64,000 nucleotides of DNA from Raillietiella orientalis. Lineage: Eukaryota. This document shows, piece after piece, positions 27,401 to 41,241 of the stretch (its first letter is position 1; each line of letters starts with the position of its first letter). The notes beneath the pieces were generated by a model that saw only the letters and a program-made list of their open reading frames with translations, was not told where the DNA came from and searched no databases. Where the stretch lies: NCBI GenBank assembly GCA_036172245.1, contig JAYWIR010000006.1, positions 3,100,001 through 3,164,000 on the forward strand, read 5' to 3'. Both the position numbers and the translations under genes were made by a program.

Positions 27401-28493
27401 GGCAGAACGAGTTAGCTGATGGCCCTGGCTGGAAAGCGAGAATCCGGAACCTGGTAAATGGGATTCTGCCATGCGTCTTTTCCTTCCTCTCCCTTCGTGT
27501 TTTTTTTTTGTTGTTGTTGTTTCCAAGGAGGAGGTGGGGGGAGGAAGTAGGTCGAAAAGCATCCCATCCTGAGGCCCCGAAACGGAACGACGGTACAGTA
27601 AATCACCGTTGCTCCCTTCCAGGGAAACGAGTAGACCGTCGCTCTTTGCACGACGGTCCATGTGGTCCCCACGGCAACGGGCTCGAAATTCCGAAGCCGA
27701 ATTACGATCCGTAGGCAGCTGGAGACTTGAGCTTCGCCCACTTCCTGCACAGGCAGAGAACCGGCCGGAAGCTCCTGGATGTCCTGGTTTCTAGGACGAG
27801 TTTCCCGAAGGGCTTCGGACGAAGGAGATGCGAAAGCCAAAAAAAGAAAGAAAGAAAACATCCCGAATTCGCCACAGGCTCCCGTCCCGCTTCCTCCTTG
27901 GCGGGTGGTCGCAAACCGCTTGCTCGCTTCGCTGCCTCCGTCCGGTGGTCACGTCGCTCTTCCCAGCTGACCGTGACATGCAGTGGAATGCAACATCGAG
28001 CTGATGGAGAGCCGACAGATGACGACGGGCTACCGCCGCTTGGTTCCTCTTCCCGCTACCTCTGCTCCTCCTTCCTCGGCCACCCGAAACCACCCGTCGT
28101 CACCCTCGGCTCGCCTTCCTGCCGCAGCCAGGGGGCGCAGAACCACCGCGCCCAATTCAAGCGAGGCGCTTCCTCCGTGCATCGGCTCTGCTCCGCGGTT
28201 CCCGCGCTCGTCTTTGTCTTCGTCCGGTCGCGAAGGGCTTTCTCTTCTTCCTCCGGATCGTTTTATAGCCTCCGCCGTTTTCTAATCGCTCTGCCGGTTC
28301 CTCCGCAGCCGGACCGGAATCGCCGACTTCCAGCCGCCTTTCCCATCCCTCGATCCTTTATAAATCAGCCGTCGCTCTCATCTCCTGAAAGCGGGAGAAA
28401 AGTGCATGGCTATTGCGTCTGCATTGCATATCATTACGTCTTCATTACCTTCGGACGCCATCGCTGCCTCTACGAAATAGGTTTCTGTTACAT

Positions 28494-29125
28494 GGGGCCG
28501 GTCCGAAATCCCGAACGACCAGGAAAAAGAAAATGCGCATGCGCTTTTTCTTTCTTCTACACAGATTGATGTACGAATTTATCGGAGCACACCCATTTAC
28601 ATACGTAGATATTATGAGCGGTAACATTATGGGAACAGATGTAATTATTAAGATTCAGTAACAGGCATTTTATCAATAAGATGAATAGTTTGTTGATTAT
28701 ATTGTCTCTCGCTCTATATATATATATGTCTATATTTGTGAAAGATTATAAAAAATAAATATATATTTGCTTATTATATTTGTTGATATGTATATGTATT
28801 TATACACATATTTATAGGTATATGCGTGCACAGATTTGTATTCATATGCGTATATTTATATTGCCTATAAACATTGATGTATATCACAAGCATGTATATT
28901 CATTTTTTTCAATCTTTAATATGTACATCAACTTATTAATTTTATTAATCCTACGCATGTCACTGAATCCTAATAAATATACATCTGCTCCCAGTAATAT
29001 CACTCTCAATAAAGTGTACGTCAGTAAGTTGGAACAACTGTGCATGTTAAAATAAATATGTACACGAATCTGTGTGGAATAGGCGCATTCGCATTTGTTT
29101 TTCCTGATCTTCCTGGATTCCGATC
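28494..29125. mobile_element. Foldback/MITE-like element copy 2 (opposite orientation to copy 1)
   Basis: 28497-28700 is a close reverse complement of about 4420-4622 (ccggtccgaaatcccgaacgaccaggaaaaa...tgcgcatgcgc...gtacgaatttatcgga...aacattatgggaacag); 29040-29125 matches the reverse complement of about 3627-3700. Confidence 0.8.
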
Positions 29126-29899
29126 GACTCCTCTCCTACGTCCCCACGCCTTTCAACATGTGCACGCCCCACGGTGCCCGCCTGTCCGCTCGCTGGCTGT
29201 GCTTCAAGGGAAGACGCTGACCCTCGTCTTCTGCCTCTTCGCGGGATGCCCTGCAAGGCGGCTTGGCACTGTCGGAGGCATGGCTCTCTGCCTGGGTCCG
29301 GGTGAAGATACCCTCGAAAGGCTCCAGGCCAGGAGAATTCCGTCTTTCCGGCTCCCCGACCCGTCGGGGGAAGATCCCGCATCGGGGAGGTAGGCAGAGT
29401 TCCCATGCGGCAGCACCGGCCTTTTTTTTTTCCTCGCGCGATCCTTCCCCACCTGCGACGAGCTTTCGCGCTCCCGGGTTCCCTCCGGCCGTTTGCCTAC
29501 CAGTGGGGGGTGGTAGGGACCCACGCTATGCAGACCTCCCTCCGAATCCGCGGGAGTGAAGGGGGTGCAGCCAGGAAACACACGGAGGATACGCTCTGCC
29601 CGGGTTCCGTCAGGTCGCTTTCGTCTCCGCACCGACCGGAGCCGCGCCTTCGGCCGCCGCGACAGCAGGGAGACGCTCCGAGACGTGCGTGGTCCACCTC
29701 ACCAGCGGTGCCGGGGCAGCGCCGGGGGGTGGACGACTCCTGGTCACCGACCTGATCCCGCCTTCAGAGGAGGCGGCTGCGTCGGACGGTAGCCTGGGTC
29801 GTCCCCGACAACCGATCGGCGCTCCGGAGAGGTTAGGGGGTCCAGAAGATGACCGGAGGCGGCGGTGGCCTCTGTCGCTTGGAGGCCGTCCTCGAAAGC

Positions 29900-30850
29900 C
29901 TCCGCCCTTCCTCCGAATCTGGTGGGTCCATCGCCTGCGGGTCGCCCTGGTCCTGGTCCGGCAGAGGCGGCGGCCATCCGGCTGGAGGAGAGATCCGTAG
30001 GAGACTGTCCTCCCCTGCCCCGGAGAGGGAGAGGAGTAAAGTAGGTTTGGAGAGGAAACGGAGGGTAAAGAGGGATGGCCGATACATAAGAAGGAGGGGA
30101 GAAGCATGGTCCGTGGTTGCCATGGAGAAGAGGATCCCCTGGGAGTCCGCATCTCTGCCCGACGGGGCAGATCTAAAGGGGCACCCTCGCCCGTCACCGC
30201 GGACCTCCGTATCGCGGTCGTGGGTCGTGGGTCTGCGAAGGAGGTCAATCCGCGGCCTCCCCTTCCTCTCGCCCCCGCCGCGCACTACGCGACCGCCCCC
30301 GTGGTGTGTTCGTCGTGGGCGCGCCGGGTTACCCCAGAACTGCCGCCGCCCGTTCTTCAGGAACTTCGAGAAGAACGCGCGTCCCAGGCCGGCTGCGCTC
30401 CCCGAGTGGGCACAGGGGGCTGCCCGGAATGAAGGGACCCAGGACTCCCTCGCCATGCTCGTCAGGGCGGCGAAGGCGGCGTTCAGCGCCAGAAGATGAA
30501 TCCACTGAGACCAACGTCTAGGACGGCCTCCGGGAGCTCAGCCAGGAGGTGCCGCACCTTTGGCCCGCGGAACGCGACCGGACGGCTCCAGGGGCAAAAG
30601 CGAGGAAGACGAGGGCACATTGGAGAGAGCGCGTGCTGGGAGACCCGCCCACTAGGAGCAGGGCCAGGAAGGGAACGGAGGATAAGGGGAGGGACGGCCG
30701 ATACATAAGAAGGGGGAGGGGGCAGCGTGCACCGTGGTTGCCATGGTGAAGGGGATCCCCGGAAGCCCGCATCTCGTAGCTTCCTGGGAGTCCCCCGAAA
30801 AACTTCCGGGACTCCCGAGCGACAAGGGGAGACCCCACCCCCTCAGCAGG
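29900..30850 (-). mobile_element. LINE ORF1 zinc-knuckle remnants, duplicated about 620 bp apart
   Basis: Minus strand ccatggcaaccacggaccatgcttc...atcggccat reads as a frameshifted (H)GQPRTCF...GH; seen near 30071-30137 and 30691-30760. Confidence 0.45.
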
Positions 30851-31454
30851 AATCGCCGTAGCCCCTTCGCTTCCGGAATGCTCCGGAGACTGGCAGAGAG
30901 GGGGGTGCGCTTCCCCAGCGCTTCGGAGGTGCCCCTCCCCGGCGAGACGACGTCGTTCCCCCCCTCCCCCGACCGTTTTCCCGCCGACCCCCCTCCACCA
31001 CCACAGTGGACGGGGGCCGGCAGAGCTGCAGAGGAGGGGGAGGGGGAGGAATGAAATCGGGGAGTAGGGGGAGGGAAGAACTTCCGGAAGACCCTCCCCT
31101 CCCTTGCCCGCCGGTCCCTCCTCTTTCCGCCACAGGGACCTCCATTCCTCAGATCGGAACTCCTGGGGCGGGAGGGCGCCTGGTCGGGAGGTCGCGTGGT
31201 GACCGCGAGCTGTCCTCTGTCGGCTGTGACCGGCTGGACCCCAGCCGACGGAGACCCCTCGCCTTCCTGGGGCCACCCCGGTCCCTCCCGAGTCGTTCAC
31301 GGGCATCGCCTTCCCTGGTGCCGCTGCCCGTTCCTAACCTCCCCCTCCTGACCAAGGAACTCTTCGTCCCTGTCTTACCCGTTCCCCTCCCGAGAAACCC
31401 TCGGAGGGGCGGGAGTGACCCGGGGTGCGTGTTGATTCTTCAATTTATGGGGAA

Positions 31455-32070
31455 TAACCCCGAAGGAGTGACCCCGATGAATCCAGAAAGGACTTCGGAA
31501 AGAGGAGGAGTCGGTTCCTCCTATGCTTGGGAACCTTGCCCTGGTTTCCTCCAATTGAAGCCCCCAGAGGGAAGTCATTTGTCCTCAGGGGGACCCCCCA
31601 CAAGGGAACCGCCTCTTCCCTCCTCTTCTGAAGAGAACCCCGGAGGGACGCTCCCCAATTTTCCCTGAAGGGCGCTCCCCGAAGGGAGCAGCGCGCTTCT
31701 TACACACTGGAGAGGCGACCGATCCCCCGAGGGGAATGTCGGCAACTCCATGGTATGCGATCGAGGGTTCCCCTCCAAGAGGTGGGACGGATCCATTTGC
31801 ACAACCGGAGAGGAGCCACGAAGGGAGCCACCGCCTCCTCGATTTCTGGAAGAACCCCGGAGGGTTGACTTCCAATCCCGGCCAGTCAGAGGGGTCCACC
31901 AGTGCCGTACCCCTGCCGGGACCTTCGGGCTGACCAGAGTCGTCCTGCGGGGCCACGACCTACCCCGCGTTTCTCGGGGTGTCGGTCGTTCCCCTGGAGG
32001 GATTCGAACCTACGGCGCTCGGTACCGCTGCGCGCGAAGACCGCAACCACGCGGCCGCCAACGCAGCCAG
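31455..32070 (-). mobile_element. tRNA-headed SINE-like element, copy C
   Basis: Minus strand: TTGGCGGCCGCGTGG (A-box-like), GGTTCGAATCC (32010-32000), then gattggaagtcaaccctccgggg and the same 3' blocks as copies A and B. Confidence 0.8.
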
Positions 32071-35000
32071 GACGGCGTACGGATCGGCGCTCCGGACGTG
32101 GTGATCACGGCCAAACGCACGGGGAGACGCGCAAGGATTGCTGAGAAATCCTCGAAAACTCTCCGAGATATTCGGGGAAAAGAGCGGGCGGGACTTGGCC
32201 ACCGGCCTCCTCAGCCTACAAGGCAGTCCCCACGTGCAGATCTGGAGAGGGGTCCCCGGCATCCAGGTTACCGAACCAGAGCGCGAGCGTTCCCGGGTGA
32301 TGGCGTGCCCGAAGGGCAGGAGCCACCGCATGCGTGGAGCTAGTGTGGTCCGCGTGAGTACCGTCGCCCGCATGGCAAGAAGAAGCGCGTCGAGGACAGG
32401 GGCGAAGGAAGTCTGTTTTCATGGTCACAGGAGGGTATCCGAAGACCGTCCTGGAGCCTCCACGAAGACTGTTACCCCTCCCGCCTAGCCGCAAGCGGCG
32501 GTCACTGCCCGTGAGAAGGAATAATGATGGTGAACCTCCCCGCCGAGCATCCGAGACGCGACCGGGAGCGGCCGCGTCTCGGGAGGAAGAGAACCAGTCG
32601 GTGCCCCCCCTTCCCCCCTCCCCTCACTCTCCAGAGCGCGCGTGCGCCTGGGACGTCAACAGCACGTGCTCTCCGCTTCCCTTCCTTCGAGGCCGCCGCG
32701 CGTTCTTCGTTGGGTTCGATAGTAGCATTAGCAGCAGTGGAGGAGGAGCTGCGAGGACCGCAACCTGCGACTTGAGCCGAGCGGAGGGCTTCGCAAGAAG
32801 TGGGGCGTCGCCCCGCGGCGAGCCACGCGGAAGAGTGTGGGGGCGGAGGGGGGGAGAGGGGGGGAGAAACCGTCGCTCCTCTCTCGGCAGCACTCGGCAA
32901 GTGAATAACCTGAAGGCGGAGGCTCCTGCGAAGAGTTGGGGATCCTGACCGTCTTCGGACCTCCGCCTTCCGGATTGGCTGCCGGGGAAGCCGCGGATGA
33001 AAGGATGCGGAACAGCCCGAGCGACTGCGCCCCGCATCGAATGGCGTGGGACCGACCGCGCGGGGCCGGCCATGTGCAGTGGAGAACTCCAACAGCCCGG
33101 CATTCTTCTCGAAGATCTGCGGGAAGCAGCAGCGAGCGTTTCCGAAGCTGAAAACAAACGAGTCCGCGAAGCAAATCCGTCTTTTTCCGTGATTCGCGAC
33201 CCATGAACGCGGTCGAGTCAGGAAAGGTCATCGAAAAAATAACAATAAATTAAAATACGCGCAAGAAGAAGGTATGGAGTGTCCGAAAACACACACACAA
33301 CACGAAAATAAAATTCCACCCCCCCCCCCCCTCGTTTCTCAAACTTCGAAATTAGAAGGAACCTGTGCGCACGCGCGCGCGCGCGCGCGCCTTCCCCCCC
33401 CCCCCCCCCCTCCGGTTATTAAAACGAAACGAAAATCGATCGCAAGAAAGAATGTCACCGTAGCGCCTGAAGAAGCGTCGCAGGAAATCCCCAAGTAGCA
33501 AAACGGAAGTTGTCCATCCACCCGTCCACCCGCCGGATGCAGCGTTCGCTGGATCCAACTGGGGTCACTTCGCGCTCGAGCGCGGAATGCTCAAGAGATG
33601 GCGCTGCGATCGTTTCGGCACCGTTTCAAAGCAAGAATTGCCATGGCGCCGATGCGTTTCCTCCGAGAAGAAAGCCCTCCGCGGTCCTACCAGAAAACGC
33701 GTATCGTGCCGGCTCATGAAGAGCGGTTCAGAACGCACATCCTTCGTCGCCTCGTCCCCTCCCCCCGTTTCAAGATGACTTCAAAGTTTCATCCGTGAAG
33801 ACGGGTTTTCTTATCCTTCTCTCAAAGCACTCAGATCAAATTTTCCAGGAGCGGAAAGAAGAATTAACGTGTCAAAGAATCTGTGGATTGGCTGGGGTGC
33901 ATGAAAGGGTGGACTTAGATTGGGTTTAGCTACTCGGAAGACTGAAAAGGGTAAGACGAAAAAGTAAATTTTACTTTGGAAAAAAGATTTTAAAAAAGAG
34001 AAAAAGAAAGGAACAAAAAAACATCCTCCTTCAACATTTTCAGTACAGAAAAAGGCTTCAGAATGAAAATCAGAAAACGAAATACAAAGCTTCATTTCGA
34101 TCACAAAGCAGCTAACTGGAACTTTCGAAAGAGTTCGCAGATCGTTAAGAAGAAACGCAGTTTTCTTATAACCTAATAACATGGGAAGTGTTGAATCCAA
34201 AGAACAAAAAAGAGAAAACCCATTAAACGATTTTTTCTTCTTCCTCTTCAAGCGCCTTTCTGTTTGAAAGATCCAAAGGAAAAGGTTTCGGTTCATTTAT
34301 TGTTTACTCTTGGGATTTTGAACTCCATTACAAAATATGACTAAAAGCGATCACCTTTTGTGAATGTTTGGAATGCTTTGCAAATAACAGATGGAAGTTT
34401 TGACGGAGTCACAAAACTTTTTAGTTTCCATTATTTACGATAAGCTGTTGCTGGTTCCCTAAGTAACAAAACAAAATACTAATATCTGATGTCATATACA
34501 AAAAATAAGTCCCCGAATTAAGCAGATTTTCAAAAACCATTTCATATTCGAGAAAGCAGCCTGAAGATAGAATATTGGAGTGAAATATAAAAGTGCCTTG
34601 GATCATCACCCCATGCAACTTGCTGCTGCTTTGAAAGTTCTGCCCCACAAATTGCGTACGGATCTTGCAATACTTTTGGCATTTCAGCAACTTATTACAT
34701 ATGCATGCACTTTTCTACTGATTCTGTGCTAAAACTCAATTATTTGTTTATTCACATGGCTTGCAAGTAAGCAAACGTATAAGATTGTATACTACGTGTG
34801 CTTTTTTGCGCGCTCCTGGTGATACTTTGCAACGTTCCAGCATCCCATATGACAAGTGGCGTACATTTGGTTCATATCGGGCTCCTTTCCTCTTTGCTTT
34901 CTTCTGTGCCATCACTACCGCGAAGTGATCCACAGACGCCGTTACAGTTCGGTCAGAGTCGTTCCAGCCAATTTCTCATACATCCTCTGCTTTTTTATTT

Positions 35001-37054
35001 GTGTAGTTAATGTGGCTAATCTAGACTACTGCATGTATTCTTGCGATTGTTTTCAACAGCTGCCAGAAAAAAAAAAAAAAAAAAAAACATGCAGCCAGTA
35101 AGATCTTGGCTACACTGATCTCATTTTAAAATTACGTCTTTCCGCTCCGGATCAGTACTTTATGAGAGCTGATTTCTATACTCGAAACTTCCTGGTGATC
35201 TGCCACACATTGTAACCCAGTATCTGCTTCTGGTCGTCAGAGAAACGAAAGTAGCTCTTAATGATCTCAGAAAACAAGCTTCGTTTTTGTGTTCTGTAGC
35301 ACTCAACACTCCTTTGAGCGAACGCGGACAGTCATTATTTTGTGTCGGCATTCCTAATCCGCTCAAGGAAGTCTTATTCTGCAGCTTAATGACAACTCTG
35401 TTCCTCTTTGAAGTATAATTAGAAAGCGAATAATTGACTGCAGGCTCAAGCTTAATCGTATTTGTTTTTGCGGCTCTACCGATTATTCATTTGCTCATCG
35501 ACAAATTGTACCTTTCAACAGATAATCTTATAGTAGCAACAGACATCTCTGGCTCTTGTGCCGGGTACATCTTGGATCACTGAACTGAACTGAAGACTTC
35601 AGAAAATGAAACCGTTCTGCTATCGAGTTTTCAGGATCAACCATAAGTGTTTCTGAGATGAGTCAGAGCGTAGCGACTCATACTATGACATAATCATGGT
35701 GACCGAATAGTACAATTCCTTTTTTATTGAAAGGTCTGAACTTACTTCTCGTGCAAAAATATGCATATAATGAAGGAATTGTAAGAGGCGATGACTGATA
35801 TGGATGCAAAATTGATAGCAGGCGATTAAAAGATGGATTTCTAAGACAGTATTGCCGATGGATTTTCAAATACAATTGATGTTTATTTAGCATAATAAAG
35901 CATGTGAGCCGAATATTGAAAGCAGAATTGGTTCATGATGAGGAAACTCCGAACGATTCCATAAAGTGTCAACAGATTGACTGTTATTTAAAGAAAAAAA
36001 GGGAAAAAGAAACTACCAAGTTTTCATAAACATTTTCATTGATGAAAACGAACCGAGAAATTCAAGTAATATTTTCAGAATACAAAAGTGGAGTTTTGAA
36101 ACATAACTTCATTGGGGAAAACATTTACTGAAAATGCAGTTTTCGGAAACGCTTTTAGCTGATGTGAGAAAATGGATCAGCTCTAATCTAAGATCACTGA
36201 TTACTGATCCTGATTAAAGAATTTGGAATTTCCGAGTAAAATCAAAGGAAAATGAATGCAAAACTGTGAAACTTTCGAATCTAAAAGAATTTTTTTTACA
36301 TATGTATCTCTTCAAAATACTCTTGAGTAAGATGTGAATATTTTCTTTCGGCAGCGTATAGACAGAAAAGCATAACCATTATTTTCGATTTTGAAGTCAT
36401 CGGTGGACCTAGGCATTTTGTTCGTTGATATTCTTTAGAGATCCACTAGTGAGGATAGCAGATGACTTTCAATAAACAGTGTAAGAAATATGGAATGTCA
36501 TGAAATCGTAGTTTGAAATTGAAGATTTTTTTTTCCCCCCCCGTTTCTCAATACGTGAACGTGCTTACAAAGAGCAGAGCAGAGGGTTTTGGAAACACGA
36601 CAGAGTAGTGTTTCAAAACATTCAAAAACACGAGAGCGATGAACAAATTAAATGGACAACAACATCGTTCACTTTTGACTGCCGCCACAAAGGCTCAACT
36701 AATACCTACGTCGTAAAACAGCTGCTGCAGACCAGTTCATCAGCGTTGGAAAATAATAAAAATTTGTACTGACACATGAAATGATCAAGACTCTCATTTT
36801 TCAGGAAGTTAAAAAATGAATTTCGAGTTTGGAACTCTGGTAGCTGAGTGCAAGACTGCGAACATGAGGAATAACAAAAGTGTTGCAAACATGTGTGTGT
36901 AGAACGGACAACGTGAAGTAGTTGACATTCTATTTTGGATAATTGTGGAAAGGGAGAGCGTTCTTCGAAGGTGTCCGAGTGGGATGAACCACGAAGAATT
37001 AGAATGTAACACCATAGAGTTAGTTCCTGTGATATAAAAATAGTTTCGTTTATC

Positions 37055-40000
37055 ATGCAACAAAAGCCAGAAGGTTTGGGCTGTTAATTCATTTGAATCA
37101 TGAAGTGGTTGTATCATTTGCAGGATCGACACCAGCAAAAACCTTCTTTGTTGTTCAGGATAATCCAGCAAATGCTCTGGCCCTTAACAAAGATAATTCT
37201 CAGGTTGCAATCGCCGGCAGAAATAGTAAGTTGGAATTTTTTTTTATGCTTGCATATTACTCTTTGCTTACATCTAGTTGAGTGCTTTTTATGTGTGTTG
37301 GTTGCGAGTAGCCTTGTGAGTGTCAGTTAGGTACTGGTGTTTTATTAGTGAATATGAGTGATGCCTACATTATTTGGGGCAGAAAAGTGCAGATGGATGT
37401 TTAACTGAAAAAGGCAACTTCAGTGATATTTGATCTGTGTTCCAGTTTTCAAAGTGTTTTCGATTGAGGAAGACAGCTTCACGGAAAAACTGAACCTAAG
37501 AGTTGGAAAAAATCTGAATTTGAATTTCTCCTGCAATGATGTTGTGTGGAATCATCAGGATGGTTTGTATAGATTTTGATTGTTTTTATTGATTTAATTG
37601 CGTCGTTTGGAATTTTATAAATAAGAAGACAATAAGTTATAAATAATAAACAGAAAAGCATTCTTGTAGAAGACTAATTATCCACTCTACAAATCTATAT
37701 TCAGTAAGAATGCCCAGGTGTGCATTTTTTGATTCCCAGGGCAAGATCTTCATAGGCGTTAATCTGAGTTTAATCTAAGGCATTTAAAAATGTTTGATAT
37801 TGGGTACTTAAAATTTGCAGTGAAGTCTTACAACAATTCGTTTTTGTTCATGACCATTGCTTATTGTGCAATTCATTTGATTTTCATTTCTTAGTTTTAA
37901 GACCAGTACTGTTTTATCTCTTCTGGTATCTCTTCTTTTCCTTGTTTAATATGCAGAAACAATAAATACAACTCTGGTTTAGAAAAATTCTTTCAACTTA
38001 TGTTAAAGTATTAATTGAAATCTGTCTTATGTATACGTGCAATGCTTTTAAAATGCAAATCTGCTAAGGCTCTCAGTTGGCACATTTTCTGACCCAAGGT
38101 TTTCTCAAACAAAAATGTATTCCATTCATACTTTGTCATGGATATATTGTAACTATATTGTAACACACTTTTTGTTTACAAATTGCAAGTATGCAAATGG
38201 AAATTTTACGAAAATAAGTAAGTGTTTCTTTGTAAACAAAGTATTAAATAAAATGCAATATTAAAGTCTCAGCTTTGTGATTTTTTTTGTATGGTGAACC
38301 TACCACATATATTAAACCTTTTCTCCCATGAGAAAGATAAATTTTCTTTTATTGGATCAATGATTTCCTATGTAGAACAGATTTTGGCAAAAATCTAATT
38401 TCAGTCTACCTATAGTAGAAATTCATACACTGATAAAATCAGATGCTGGAAGGTTTTCATTTTAAAACCTTAATTCATCAACACTGTAAATGATTCGAGG
38501 TTGTATACCGAAAACTGTTGAGAAGAACACAATGTATGTCTGTTATATTTAAAAATGCATACAGTTGAAAGGCAGTAGTTGAGATTTATGCTGAATGTGG
38601 GAAATAGTCTGTGAAACATTTATGAAAATGAATTATTCAGAGAATCATTATTTCATCATTCATGAGAAGGAGGAACACTTTTGAATACCAGAGTCTTTCA
38701 GAAATTTCATCCAAGCTTTTGATCTCAAATTTTTCATGTGTACATCATGTAAACTAAAGTTGAAGTTTATAAAATCTCATGTTTTTGAATATCAGAGACT
38801 TTCACGTTGTATTGCTTTCTAGATCAGTTTCTTGCCACTGCAGCAACCAATGGAGCTGTAGTACTTTGGAATTTAAATAAACCATCCCGCTCGAAGCATG
38901 ACATTGTTTTCCAGGCAGGCTGAGGTCATGCTACTGTATCATCATCCACCTTGTGCTGTTGTAGGACCACAAGCGCACTGTCAACAAAGTCAGCTTTCGC
39001 AGCACAGAGGCAAATTCATTGATATCTGGCTCCCAAGATGGCACTATGAAGTATTTTGATCTTCGTATGAAAGAAGCTGTAGCTACATTTTACAGGTAAG
39101 TCTGTCCTTTGTGCACATCCTTTTATCTGCTTTGCAGTCATTCAGGAAGTGTCCGTGATGTGCAGTTCAGCACACACAATATATTCCAGTTTGTTGCTGT
39201 CATAGAAAATGGTACAGTCCAACTTTGGGACATTCGCCGTTCAGACAAATGTGAAAAATCGTTTGCTGCACATTCAGGGCCAGTATTTGCTTGTGACTGG
39301 CATCCTGATGTGAAAGGAATGCTGGCTACAGCTGGAAGAGATAAGTGTATTAAGGTAGGTGTAGGTGTGACAGGATGATAGATAGAATGTGCTTTATCCT
39401 TGTATAGGTATGGGATGTAACTAGCAAGCCTACACCTCTTCACACAGTGCAAACTATTGCTTCTGTAGGGCGTATCCGATGGAGACCAAACAATAAAAAT
39501 CATATAGTTAGTGCTGCTTTGGTGGTGGACTGTAGTGTCAACATCTGGGATATTCGCAGACCATATGTTCCTTTGGCTAGTTTCCAAGAGCACAAGGATG
39601 TAACTACGGGCATTAGTTGGAAAGGTGATCCAGATGTCTTGTTATCTACTAGCAAAGTAACTATGGAATTATAATAATGGATAACAGTTGCAGATTGCAG
39701 GATTGTACTTTATGTCAACATTGCTTTCGGGATGCTGTATGGCATAGAAGTGTGCCAGTTGGTTTAGCCACTAGTATTAGGGGTGAATATTGCATTGCAT
39801 ACAGAGAGCAGCGCTCTTCTGAAACTTCAGGAGGAAAATTCCATGGATGTAACTTATTTCTGAGGTAATCAGTCTACACATTTAGCATAGTAATGAACTG
39901 GACGACATACAGAAAGCCAATAGGATCTGCAGAAAATTTTGTGCAGGCTACTAGCACAATGTTGACCTACCACAGCACATCAGCTGCCTCCAGTGCTAGT

Positions 40001-41241
40001 GAATGGTTATTGCATTCAGCCCAGCATTATCTTTTGGAAGGACGTAGTTTGGCTGATATTTGTGAGCACAATGCTGCTCTTGCAAGACGCTTCAACAGAC
40101 ATCATGTATGGCACACCTGGTGTATCATAAAGCATTTGTATTGCACAACTCCTGTGGACAAGACGAGAGCTAATTCGGGTGCAATAGGCGAGCAAGAGCC
40201 AGCCGAACTCAAAGGTCATTTAACAGGAGATAAGGAAGTGAAAGAAAAAAGTAGTCATGTTGGCACAGCTGATGGTAATGACAGTGATCCAGATGATGTT
40301 GAACCTAAGGCACGGAGTCTCACTCACATAGCTAGGTACTTGAATTCAAAGAGAAAGATGTATCAACAAAATATTATCCAGCGGGACTAGAGGAAAGCAG
40401 GAAGATTTTTTCTTTGGAGAAGGAAGCTTAGATCCTCTTCCCTTGGATACCAGCAATGGATTGGCTAGCACGCAAGAATGGGTCCTGCCTGAAGAAGCAT
40501 TTTATCTTAGACACGAGATTGAAGGTCGCACTCCGCCCCCAGAAAAGTTTGCAACTCCTTTTTTCCCTCACAGCATGGATCTTGGTGAATATTTTATTGC
40601 AGAAGCCTTCCCTCAAATATATTGTCCTTTTAGGAGTAGACAGTGGAGATGAAGAAGAGCTGGATAAAGATGAGCCACCTCTGAAGGTGATACCTCCCCC
40701 AGGTGTTCCCTTATATGACTTGACCAGTTGTGTGCTGGCTGCAGTGCACCATTATGCTGAAGTAGGGGAAATTCAGACTGCTGCCACAGTACTGCTAGTT
40801 GTGGGAGAACACCTGCAAAATTGCATCCCTGAACCTATTCAGGAACATTGGTACCTCTCCTATATTGAACTGTTACATCATTTGGAATTGTGGGATGTGG
40901 CCACTTTGGTTCTTTCCCTGAGTCATTTGCCCCAGATTGAACAGCTTAACCAGCAATCTACCACCTTTCATACTAGTTGCCCACACTGTCACAGAGGCTT
41001 AACACGTCTTGGCTGGCATTGTGAACGGTGCCAGTGTGCCACCAATACATGCAGCGTATGCCACCAACCAGTGCATGGTCTGTATGCTTGGTGCCGTGGT
41101 TGCGCCCATGGAGGACATCTTGCTCATCTCCATGAGTGGTTTCTTAAACACACTGAGTGCCCAACAGGTAAACAGACACATGAATTGGTAGAGGCTTATG
41201 TTTCTTTAGGATGTGGCCATCACTGTTACAACTGGTGCTGA
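37055..41241 (+). CDS. WDR24: GATOR2 complex protein WDR24 (WD40 repeats plus C-terminal zinc-binding/RING-like region), 12 coding exons, about 760 aa
   Basis: Exons assembled in frame: 37055-37073, 37124-37225, 37446-37562, 38823-38914, 38965-39095, 39138-39354, 39408-39656, 39701-39864, 39913-40335, 40382-40584, 40634-41167, 41210-41241 (2283 nt). Recognisable WDR24 motifs: [134 protein letters not shown]. The 19-nt first exon is the least certain part. Confidence 0.95.

Noticed and set aside
36686..36706. Histone 3' stem-loop-like AAAGGCTC
   Set aside because: The complementary half (TTTTCAGAGCC) is absent and no histone ORF lies upstream.
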